From positions 1 to 55,059 of IMG/VR virus record IMGVR_UViG_3300017963_000062: a DNA stretch of 55,059 bases. One strand, written 5' to 3'. The translations under genes and the position numbers were made by a program. Under the pieces are notes generated by a model. That model was not told where the DNA came from. It made no database searches and saw only the letters and a program-made list of their open reading frames with translations. This document shows positions 30,396 to 37,657 of the stretch, piece after piece; the stretch's first letter is position 1, and each line of letters opens with the position of its first letter. Source of the DNA: a virus (Duplodnaviria; Caudoviricetes).

Positions 30396-30746
30396 TAGGG
30401 CAAAGTGGGGGTAAGGCGTGGTGCAATAAAGTAGAGTGACAGTTTTGTCGAGTTAGATAAAGCAGCGTGGGGGTAAGGTGGGTTATCGTCCCGCGTAGGC
30501 AAAGCCTAGCGTAATACCGTCAGTGTATTGTATAGTAAAGGTACGACGCGTTAAAGTAAAGTGACAGTTTTGTCGAGTAAGACAAAGTTGCGTGACAGTT
30601 AGGTCCGGTCGAGCATAGTAGGGGTATGGTAAAGTTAGGTTATGGTAGTTTATGGCGTAGTGGCGTAGTGGTGGAGCCATGCATAGTTGCATCCTGTAGT
30701 TGCAATGTTTTACAACGTCATGCACAGCGAGGTTACGGTGAAGTTA
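30396..30746 (+). ncRNA. Pentamer array C, (NGY-NN)n, immediately downstream of the RAMP gene
   Basis: e.g. AGT ta GGT cc GGT cg AGC at AGT ag g GGT at GGT aa AGT ta GGT ta; AGTGACAGTTTTGTCGAGT occurs twice. Confidence 0.6.
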
Positions 30747-30965
30747 ATTAAATATTTGATACTAAATCAAATTTTGGAAGAAGATGAACATGATAAACAA
30801 CTGTACCATGACCATCTGATGACTCGACGCCTGGAGCACTTGAAAACCACGGAAGATACTATTAAAAGGCTTTTGGAGGTTAGAGAGAGTCACAAAAAAA
30901 AACTTATTTTGCTTGAGAAAAAAATAAAGGATTTGAAGCGGTTTAGTCGAGGTAAGGTCGAGTGA
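30738..30965 (+). CDS. Small coiled-coil hypothetical protein between arrays C and D
   Basis: GTG 30738 after GAGGT; A-rich coding-like composition interrupts the periodic sequence. Confidence 0.45.
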   Translation: MKLIKYLILNQILEEDEHDKQLYHDHLMTRRLEHLKTTEDTIKRLLEVRESHKKKLILLEKKIKDLKRFSRGKVE

Positions 30966-31535
30966 AGTGGAGTCAAGTTAAGGTTGTTCAATGTGAAGTG
31001 TCGCTTTGGTAAAATAGCGTCGAGTATCGCATAGGTTGACTGGAGTAAGGTAAAGTTATGGTTATTCAAAGTGAAGTATCGCTATGGTAAAGTATCATCG
31101 TGTTCGGTAGTGTTAAAGTAAGGTCTAGTATCATTTTGTGGAGCAGCGGTTGAGTTAAGTTGCGTAATTTTATGTCGAGTATTGCACAGGTAAAGTAGCA
31201 TTGTGTTCGGTAGTGGTAAAGTAAGGTCTAGTATCGTTTTGGTGGATTAATGCAAGGTCTTGCAGCGGTTGAGTTAAGTTGCGTAATGTTATGTCGAGTA
31301 TCGTTGAGTGAAGTTGAGTATTGGTTAAGTTGAGTCGAGTATCGTTGAGTGAAGTTGAGTATTGGTTAAGTTGGGTTAAGTTTTGTAGTGGTTAAGTAAA
31401 GTGTGGTAATGTTGAGTATTGGTTAAGTGAAGTTGAGTATTGGTTATGTTGAGTTAAGCAAGGTGAAGTCTTGGTATGTTGCAGCGATATGAAATAATGT
31501 TTAGGTAAAGTGAGGTAATGTTGAGTACATGTTGT
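30940..31535 (+). ncRNA. Pentamer array D, (NGY-NN)n in GGT-initiated modules
   Basis: Four consecutive 26-nt modules at 30982, 31008, 31034 and 31060; exact 40-nt repeat 31293-31332/31334-31373. Confidence 0.7.
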
Positions 31536-31653
31536 TGTTATTTCAAGCTTAGTTGGGCATGAAAAAACCCAGCTCATAAATTAATGAGATGGGTTAGGAA
31601 AGGAAATTGTTATGAATTTTCATAATTAAATATGCTTACACCATTAAATATGC

Positions 31654-31869
31654 TTAAGTAGCATACATTAATATTTGGGAATATGGAATGTCATATATTT
31701 TTTTCTCCCCGTCAGCATAAACAACTTCGCATTCTTCATAAAACGAAGTCCAGGCAACAATGGAATCGGTCCTTACAATTCGTTTAAACGTCGATTGTGT
31801 TCTGGTCTTCCGCCCATTTACCATAGTCATCTGTAACTTCGGTATCTTTTTGTATCTTTTTCTTTTCAT
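31654..31869 (-). CDS. Hypothetical protein
   Basis: 71-aa ORF overlapping the end of 31784..32347. Confidence 0.4.
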   Translation of the reverse strand: MKRKRYKKIPKLQMTMVNGRKTRTQSTFKRIVRTDSIVAWTSFYEECEVVYADGEKKIYDIPYSQILMYAT

Positions 31870-32347
31870 AAACTTTTCGTTTTATCTGCTGCATGGTTCC
31901 ATTGTCGGATATTACTGTTTCAAATTCAAGTGTCTCTGTTCCTTCCGAGTCTTCCCCTTCTCCCGCTGTTAGAATGAATTTTTCCAGTAGAAATCTACAA
32001 ACTGTAGCGACTGTATGAGCTGGCGTTGACTTATCATCCAACATATCATTAAGACGTTTAAACGCTTTTGTTTGCAACGAAAAAATTTCGTTCCTAAACT
32101 TCTCCCTAAAAAAATCTTCAATCTGGCCTTTCAACTTTCCCTTGAGATGCATTCTAACGGTCGACTCGTGACACCCAACTTTTTTAGCTATCTCGACGTT
32201 GCGCAAAGTCATGTCTTGAATCTTTTCAGCAAATATTTTTTGGGCCAAGGTCAATTTATCGGTTTTTATGACTTTGGTAACTTTTGGCCCTCGTTTTTTG
32301 CCAACCTTTTTTTTTCCAGCTTTCGAAGATGTCTTTTTTTTAGCCAT
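31784..32347 (-). CDS. HTH protein, probable terminase small subunit
   Basis: Basic N-terminus, KLTLAQKIF...VEIAKKVGCHESTV HTH, helical core; no other TerS candidate lies next to TerL. Confidence 0.5.
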   Translation of the reverse strand: MAKKKTSSKAGKKKVGKKRGPKVTKVIKTDKLTLAQKIFAEKIQDMTLRNVEIAKKVGCHESTVRMHLKGKLKGQIEDFFREKFRNEIFSLQTKAFKRLNDMLDDKSTPAHTVATVCRFLLEKFILTAGEGEDSEGTETLEFETVISDNGTMQQIKRKVYEKKKIQKDTEVTDDYGKWAEDQNTIDV

Positions 32348-32373
32348 ACAATACGATTTTTTTATATTTTATT

Positions 32374-32610
32374 TTAAGATTTTAGTATCTTTTTTAACTC
32401 ATCCTCAGAAATCTTATTTGAAAGATAAGACAAATCATCATTTTCTATACATGATATTATTGACTTTATAATATTCTTAGCTCCTTTAATTTGTTCATTA
32501 AAACCAGCAACTAGAGCTTTCTTCTCTTCCTCAAGATCATCAAGGTTTTTTTGTACTTGGTACATTTTGGCTTTTAGACTATCAATCTGCTTTGGTGTCA
32601 TCTTTTTCAT
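32374..32610 (-). CDS. Coiled-coil hypothetical protein
   Basis: In-operon ORF. Confidence 0.5.
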   Translation of the reverse strand: MKKMTPKQIDSLKAKMYQVQKNLDDLEEEKKALVAGFNEQIKGAKNIIKSIISCIENDDLSYLSNKISEDELKKILKS

Positions 32611-32797
32611 CCTTTTTTAATTGTTTTTCCAATTCTTCCATTCCTGCAGCAATTTGCTTGAACACAATTCCAGAACACACGCCGACGCATGAAAAACAGA
32701 TAGCAACATCAGAATTCTTTAGCGTTATTGACGCTCCTTTTTCTCTCATTTTTGAACAAAAAGTACATTTGACCATTTCAATCTTTCGATCTTCCAT
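32582..32797 (-). CDS. ClpX C4-type zinc-finger protein
   Basis: KCTFCSK...VAICFSCVGVC. Confidence 0.7.
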   Translation of the reverse strand: MEDRKIEMVKCTFCSKMREKGASITLKNSDVAICFSCVGVCSGIVFKQIAAGMEELEKQLKKDEKDDTKAD

Positions 32798-33072
32798 TAT
32801 TTTACTTCCTCTATAGTTTTAAGAAGTTTACCCAACTTAACTTTTTTCCAAATGTCAATTGAGCTTTCAAATTTTCCTCTGACTTGCTGTATCACTATTT
32901 CAACATCTGCCACCTCTTCCGCAAAGTTAGACAGATGATTAATGTTTTTACCATCCCTAAGCATTTTAGAACAGGCTTGAATTAATTCGGCGCATTCTTC
33001 CATCAAAAGCATTAGCCTGCTTTCAAAGCTATAAACACGCCTGGCCTCCTTACATATTTGTTTCTCATTCAT
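32797..33072 (-). CDS. MazG-like nucleotide pyrophosphohydrolase
   Basis: EECAELIQA...EEVADV. Confidence 0.8.
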   Translation of the reverse strand: MNEKQICKEARRVYSFESRLMLLMEECAELIQACSKMLRDGKNINHLSNFAEEVADVEIVIQQVRGKFESSIDIWKKVKLGKLLKTIEEVK

Positions 33073-33076
33073 TTTT

Positions 33077-33283
33077 TCACACCTTCAAATCATAATCTTT
33101 AGAAATTTCTATTATACTTCCTATGCAATTTTCACAGAGATATGTATCAGCAACCTGCGCTTTTACTTCAATACATAGTTTATATTTATCAATAAGTGCA
33201 TTGCATCCGGTGCATGAAAAATCGGTGTTACAATAAACAAGGTTTACATTTTCAACTATATTTTCTTCTATCGTGATTATCAT
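33077..33283 (-). CDS. Small Cys-rich (zinc-binding) protein
   Basis: CTGC...LCENC. Confidence 0.5.
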   Translation of the reverse strand: MIITIEENIVENVNLVYCNTDFSCTGCNALIDKYKLCIEVKAQVADTYLCENCIGSIIEISKDYDLKV

Positions 33284-33295
33284 AACAACCTCTAA

Positions 33296-33703
33296 TTATG
33301 CTTTGCTGTAACCCTCAACCCCACGTTTTACGCGGTCTTCTTTTCTTTTTTTAGACCACATCAACGCTTCCTCCAACTTTGTTATGACGATAGCATTTTC
33401 TCGGCATGGAAAGTTTTTATTGAGGTTTTCGATCATGATTTTTGCGGTTTCTATTATTGTGTCTACTTGGCACCCGTTCACACCATTTTCTTTTATTGGT
33501 CCTTTTTGAATTGTGAACGAAATTGAATTTACATCGTTGCGAACATAAACAAAATTCTTTGGTCTTATTTCATTCTCAAACCATTTGTAATCCATGGCTC
33601 CAGATTCGTTGAATTTGGATGGATGCTTTTTTTGAAGATCATCCATAACAACAACATCAAAACCGCCTATTTGGTCAACACCTTTTAAAGTTTCTAAAGC
33701 CAT
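33296..33703 (-). CDS. tad1: Tad1-family anti-defence nucleotide sponge
   Basis: IQKGPIKENGVNG...FPCRENAIVITKLEEALMW..KR..DR..RGVEG matches the Tad1 core as I recall it. Confidence 0.75.
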   Translation of the reverse strand: MALETLKGVDQIGGFDVVVMDDLQKKHPSKFNESGAMDYKWFENEIRPKNFVYVRNDVNSISFTIQKGPIKENGVNGCQVDTIIETAKIMIENLNKNFPCRENAIVITKLEEALMWSKKRKEDRVKRGVEGYSKA

Positions 33704-33733
33704 TTAAAAAATCTCCTTTGAATGATATGTTAA

Positions 33734-34093
33734 TTAAACACGCAGGCCAATAGTTGGCCCTTTGGCCTTGGCGGGATGATAAGCCGGGCGTGTCCGGTCC
33801 CGTTCCACTTTTTTTCTTTCTTTCGACATAACAAATATATTAAGCCTCTTCCCTTCTTTTGCAGCGCCACAAAAAACTATATGCCTCAATGATTTTGCAA
33901 TTGCTCCAGATTTTCCCAACAGGTTGCCAACGTCAGATGGTTCCACAAAAACTTCGATTGAAACAGAATTCCCCATTTCATTGAAATCCATTTTCATTGA
34001 ATCTGGATAGTCTAAAAGTAATTCTGCAACTGATTGCAAAAAAATTTTAATTCTTTGATTCAATTCTAGCTTTGATTTTTTCGCGCTGCTCAT
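33734..34093 (-). CDS. khpA: KhpA-like single KH-domain RNA-binding protein
   Basis: LLDYPD...IEVFVEPSDVGNLLGKSGAIAKSLRHIV...KEGKR with GxxG loop. Confidence 0.75.
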   Translation of the reverse strand: MSSAKKSKLELNQRIKIFLQSVAELLLDYPDSMKMDFNEMGNSVSIEVFVEPSDVGNLLGKSGAIAKSLRHIVFCGAAKEGKRLNIFVMSKERKKVERDRTRPAYHPAKAKGPTIGLRV

Positions 34094-34286
34094 CAGTGAA
34101 CGTATCCCCCATGCAGTAGTCGATTGGAAGCCACACTTGATTTTTATTTTGATTTCTTATGATAAGCTGATAGCAATCATCTTTGCATCTCAAGGCTTTT
34201 ACTGGATATTTCATAATCAAGTTGAATCTTGTATAAGCATTTAGCCTTTTATAAAATTGCAAATTTTGAATTATGTTTGGTGCCAT
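34047..34286 (-). CDS. Hypothetical protein
   Basis: In-operon ORF. Confidence 0.45.
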   Translation of the reverse strand: MAPNIIQNLQFYKRLNAYTRFNLIMKYPVKALRCKDDCYQLIIRNQNKNQVWLPIDYCMGDTFTDEQREKIKARIESKN

Positions 34287-34309
34287 AGATCCTCTTGTTT
34301 CTACTCATT

Positions 34310-34948
34310 TTATTCAATGTTTTTATAATGACCTTTCCTAAAATCTGAACCCTTGATCTTACAAATGATTCTATCTCCATTTCTGGCAAACATACCCAAT
34401 TTAGGAGTTAATACCATCCCCTCTGATTCGAGATCACCCAATTGAGATTTCATTCCATTTTTCACTACATCAAGTGCATTTCTTAACGTACCTCTATAAA
34501 CCACTGGCACTGCCTTTAAACCCAACTCGTTGGCTATCTCATCAACACTTTCTCTATTTAACCACCATTGGCCTATCATGACATCAAAAAGGATGAAATC
34601 TACTTCTTTTCCAAGGTAGTGTTTACCTGCACTTTGAATCTTATGACCGTATCCCTCGCCATACAGATATACAGAGGTTTCTCCAAACATCTCTTTAAAA
34701 TCTATCGTGCTTATTATCTCATCAAGTCTCTTATCCAAATGCTCTGGGATCTTTGATTTATCTGATCTTCCGAATTTGGAAACTTCACCATCTACGTATT
34801 GAATACTAATGTTGGTTCCGTCAACCTTTTCAGTACCAACCCATTCAAGGTCAAACAGATATTCAAATTCTGGCCTGGCAAACTCATTTGTGAAGTCGCC
34901 TTTTTCATCTCTCATATAAAGAGAGTTTATTTTGTGATACTTTCGCAT
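34310..34948 (-). CDS. RNA ligase (Rnl2-like adenylation domain)
   Basis: Motif I EKVDGTN, YGEGYG, FILFDV, EGMV, CKIK. Confidence 0.85.
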   Translation of the reverse strand: MRKYHKINSLYMRDEKGDFTNEFARPEFEYLFDLEWVGTEKVDGTNISIQYVDGEVSKFGRSDKSKIPEHLDKRLDEIISTIDFKEMFGETSVYLYGEGYGHKIQSAGKHYLGKEVDFILFDVMIGQWWLNRESVDEIANELGLKAVPVVYRGTLRNALDVVKNGMKSQLGDLESEGMVLTPKLGMFARNGDRIICKIKGSDFRKGHYKNIE

Positions 34949-34998
34949 GATTTTATCCTTAAAATTGCCATGATGTTAATTTCTACTCCACGTTTAAA

Positions 34999-35070
34999 CA
35001 GGCTGGGAAGGACTTGAACCCTCTTCTAAAGATTTGGACTCTTTTGTTTTACCCGTTAAACTACCAGCCT
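34999..35070 (-). tRNA. tRNA-Trp(CCA)
   Basis: AGGCTGG/CCAGCCT acceptor stem, GTTT/AAAC D-stem, AAAGA/TCTTT anticodon stem with loop GTCCAAA, GAGGG-TTCAAGT-CCTTC T-arm, G discriminator; no encoded CCA. Confidence 0.8.
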
Positions 35071-35381
35071 TTTTTTCTTCGTTCTCTTTTGTGTATCTCG
35101 TCAAGTCTCTTTTTGTCAAATGTTTCTTGGTTTCTAAGCTGTAGGTAGCCGTAGAATGCAAAAGGCATTGTTATTATGAGCGCAAGTAGAAAAAGACACC
35201 CAATAAAAGGCGAAAAAATTATGGTCAGCACCTTCTCAAAAAACCTCATCTCCTTTAAATTCACAGCGCCTAGAATCGACGTGATAACGCATGTTATCGA
35301 TATCCAGCCAAGGATAATTAAAAGCAAATCGTTTGTGTAAATCCCATTTGTCAAAGAAAAATATGGTGTAGTCATACTCAC
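35061..35381 (-). CDS. Two-TM membrane protein
   Basis: Two hydrophobic segments; overlaps the rusA end and tRNA 5' end. Confidence 0.45.
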   Translation of the reverse strand: MSMTTPYFSLTNGIYTNDLLLIILGWISITCVITSILGAVNLKEMRFFEKVLTIIFSPFIGCLFLLALIITMPFAFYGYLQLRNQETFDKKRLDEIHKRERRKKGW

Positions 35382-35739
35382 CCCAAAGCTTTAACGTGAC
35401 GTTTAAACATATCCTTGAGTCATCTGTAATTAATCCTGCCTGCCTTTGCATCGTGTCAAAAACAAATTTGGATAAATTGTCAATATCTGGTTTCGTGTTC
35501 CAAAAAACTTTTTGCTGTCTTTTTTTCTTTGGTATAGTGCGAGGCCACTTTTTATAGAAGATCCCAAAGAAAGCAATTTCCCCGTCCAAAGGCTCCTTAA
35601 GTTGACACCTTCTAGCTGACTCCAGCATTATTTGAGCTATCTGTTTTTTTTCATCTGACTGCGTATCAAAATGTCTGCCATATGCAAGTCCTGCTCTTTT
35701 CCAAGCTTCGTATCCATGATATTCAACTTTTAACATCAA
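35236..35739 (-). CDS. rusA: RusA-family Holliday junction resolvase
   Basis: KPDIDNLSKFVFD...DDSRI. Confidence 0.85.
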   Translation of the reverse strand: MMLKVEYHGYEAWKRAGLAYGRHFDTQSDEKKQIAQIMLESARRCQLKEPLDGEIAFFGIFYKKWPRTIPKKKRQQKVFWNTKPDIDNLSKFVFDTMQRQAGLITDDSRICLNVTLKLWGEYDYTIFFFDKWDLHKRFAFNYPWLDIDNMRYHVDSRRCEFKGDEVF

Positions 35740-36002
35740 TGCATATTCCCCTTGTGCTGCTTGATGTCATTCCAATCATTTACCACGTCTTCAATTGTAA
35801 ATGGCTTGTTAGTGTCAAGATAGGCCGTATTTTTACTAACCGTTCCACATTCATCGCATTGGAGGTAAGAATATATTTCAACTGGTTCTTCCATGCCAGT
35901 TGATTGCATACGCTGGTATACTGCCATTGGCCCATTACAATTGTAGCAAGGTTTGCAACTTTCCATTAGTGCTTCCATTTTTTCAACTTCAGTCGCTTTC
36001 AT
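35736..36002 (-). CDS. Lar-like zinc-ribbon protein
   Basis: KPCYNCNG...CDECG...DWN. Confidence 0.5.
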   Translation of the reverse strand: MKATEVEKMEALMESCKPCYNCNGPMAVYQRMQSTGMEEPVEIYSYLQCDECGTVSKNTAYLDTNKPFTIEDVVNDWNDIKQHKGNMH

Positions 36003-36198
36003 AAGTTTCTACCCTGTAATCAATATATTTTTCTTTAGCGCATTTTGGGCAGTCGTGGAGTTTGTAAGCGGCCATTGAAACAGTCCAACTTTGATTACAC
36101 TTCTTGCAATTTGTGACATTTGTAATTTGGAATTTTTTGACTTGGTTTTTCGATATTATAGCATTGGTGTCAATTCGCCTATGATATTTTACTTTCAC
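35989..36198 (-). CDS. Small zinc-ribbon protein
   Basis: CKKC...CPKC. Confidence 0.45.
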   Translation of the reverse strand: MKVKYHRRIDTNAIISKNQVKKFQITNVTNCKKCNQSWTVSMAAYKLHDCPKCAKEKYIDYRVETYESD

Positions 36199-36230
36199 AA
36201 AAAAACCCCCTTGCCGCCTAGCAAGGGGGG
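36199..36230 (-). terminator. Putative intrinsic terminator
   Basis: CCCCCTTGC/GCAAGGGGG stem plus a T7 run on the minus strand. Confidence 0.55.
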
Positions 36231-36399
36231 GAAAACCACTACTTGTTTTTTTCTCCCAACTCTCTTATATCCCTTGCCATTTGCTGTAGTGCGTGGACTT
36301 TATCACCTTCGTTCATCATATTCCACATCTTTTTACCCTGGCGGTATGGTTTTCTTCGAACAAAACACCATAATTTTATAAATTTCGCTGTTTTGGAAT

Positions 36400-36645
36400 T
36401 CACTTTTTTCTCGCCTTTTTGACCGTCGAGCTAAATTCAAAATCAGAGAGCACCGAATCAAGAAATTTAGTTACAATCTTGTCAATGTCTTCAACTCCTA
36501 TGTCTGCTTTTTCCAATTCTTGTTTGTCAATATTTTTGACTTTGAAAATCAGATCCATACAGTCCCGCATAATCTGGGTTTTTATATCCCAATTTCGCTT
36601 GAACATATCTACTAGCTCTTCCTTTGATTTGTCCAACATTTTCAA
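36400..36645 (-). CDS. Hypothetical protein
   Basis: In-operon ORF. Confidence 0.5.
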   Translation of the reverse strand: MKMLDKSKEELVDMFKRNWDIKTQIMRDCMDLIFKVKNIDKQELEKADIGVEDIDKIVTKFLDSVLSDFEFSSTVKKARKK

Positions 36646-36905
36646 TTCCCCTCTTCTAAAAGTAAGTCAATTATTTTTTTTTGCTTGGAGATAATAACAT
36701 CTTTTTCAGCACACTGGCATTCTGCTTTTGCCACTGTTTTATCTATCTTTTCCGTTAGTGTTTCGTGATCCCCAAATTTTCTTTTCCAAGAATATATAGT
36801 AGTGCTTTTAATGCCGTGTTTCTTGGCCACCTTTGCCGCGTTGCCAACTTTAGCAACCTCCCTTAGTATCTCTTTCTTTTTCTCTACTGTGTAACTCTTC
36901 CTCAT
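36642..36905 (-). CDS. HTH protein (IS3 OrfA-like HTH only)
   Basis: RKSYTVEKK...VAKKHGIKSTTIYSWKRKF; no catalytic partner. Confidence 0.65.
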   Translation of the reverse strand: MRKSYTVEKKKEILREVAKVGNAAKVAKKHGIKSTTIYSWKRKFGDHETLTEKIDKTVAKAECQCAEKDVIISKQKKIIDLLLEEGN

Positions 36906-37257
36906 TCTTTTGGCCCTCTTTTTTTAATTTTTCCAAACTTTCTTCTGCATCTTTTAGCAGTTTTATGAGATCTTTTCTCCAATAAAAACATGAAATGAAC
37001 ATGTAAAAGGATACTACAGAGATCAACGCCAGCATGAAGCCAACAAAGTAAAACAAAGTTGACTCGAAGTTATGACCAAGCAAGGTGATCGATACAGCAG
37101 CAGCAACGATGGATTCTACCAGCGATGTTAACATACTACCTTTGTTCAACTTGACTAGCCGTGTGGCATTGATTAGCAAAACTTCTGCTCTGTATTGCAA
37201 CATTTTATGTTGCAGTGTGTCCCAGTAACTTTGTTGTTTCCTGCTTACTTCGTCCAT
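36850..37257 (-). CDS. Two-TM membrane protein
   Basis: MDEVSRK... after GGAAGGA; two hydrophobic helices. Confidence 0.5.
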   Translation of the reverse strand: MDEVSRKQQSYWDTLQHKMLQYRAEVLLINATRLVKLNKGSMLTSLVESIVAAAVSITLLGHNFESTLFYFVGFMLALISVVSFYMFISCFYWRKDLIKLLKDAEESLEKLKKEGQKNEEELHSREKERDTKGGC

Positions 37258-37583
37258 GTTCCTTCCACCTCTCTTTCTATGCGATCTCTTGTTCTCTCTT
37301 TTTGGGACGTCAGCGCATTTTTCAAGCAAGCGATGGTTTTCTTGTTTTGTTCACATGGCAACTTTCTATCTAGCATTTCGTACAATGACAATGCCAGGCT
37401 GACAATATGACTGGGGTCTATCCCTTGGTCACCAAATATTGACCTTGGGCCAGGTTGTATCCTCAAGCGGATCTCATTCGTCTTGCAGTTAAATTCGATG
37501 TCGTGAGATCTCCTTCCGCAAACCCTAATCCTATGTATTGGTCTGTCGTCTATGTACTTGAGATCACTTATGTATTGAAGCAT
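37245..37583 (-). CDS. Second, divergent Tad1-like protein
   Basis: RIQPGPR..G..G...LPCEQNKKTIACLKNAL..QKERTRDRIEREVEGT aligns with 33296..33703. Confidence 0.6.
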   Translation of the reverse strand: MLQYISDLKYIDDRPIHRIRVCGRRSHDIEFNCKTNEIRLRIQPGPRSIFGDQGIDPSHIVSLALSLYEMLDRKLPCEQNKKTIACLKNALTSQKERTRDRIEREVEGTWTK

Positions 37584-37657
37584 AGTTGCAGCCTTTTTAA
37601 ATGAGTGGTTTTGAACTCCCCAACTAGCCAGCTAACGTTGCTGGCTGATTGGCCTAA

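Noticed and set aside
30483-30725. Minus-strand 80-aa ORF
   Set aside because: Chance translation of the reverse complement of array C.
27217-31535. CRISPR array interpretation of the G/T-rich repeats
   Set aside because: There is no constant 25-45-nt repeat alternating with unique spacers; the period is 5 nt and no cas1/cas2 is present.
31392-31577. Minus-strand 61-aa ORF (TQHY/LTQH repeats)
   Set aside because: A by-product of array D's 5-nt periodicity; antisense to the operon.
34999-35070. Suppressor tRNA or alternative genetic code
   Set aside because: The anticodon reads CCA (Trp), and core genes are intact under code 11.
36642-36905. Insertion sequence
   Set aside because: Only an IS3-like HTH; no DDE transposase, terminal inverted repeats or target duplication seen.
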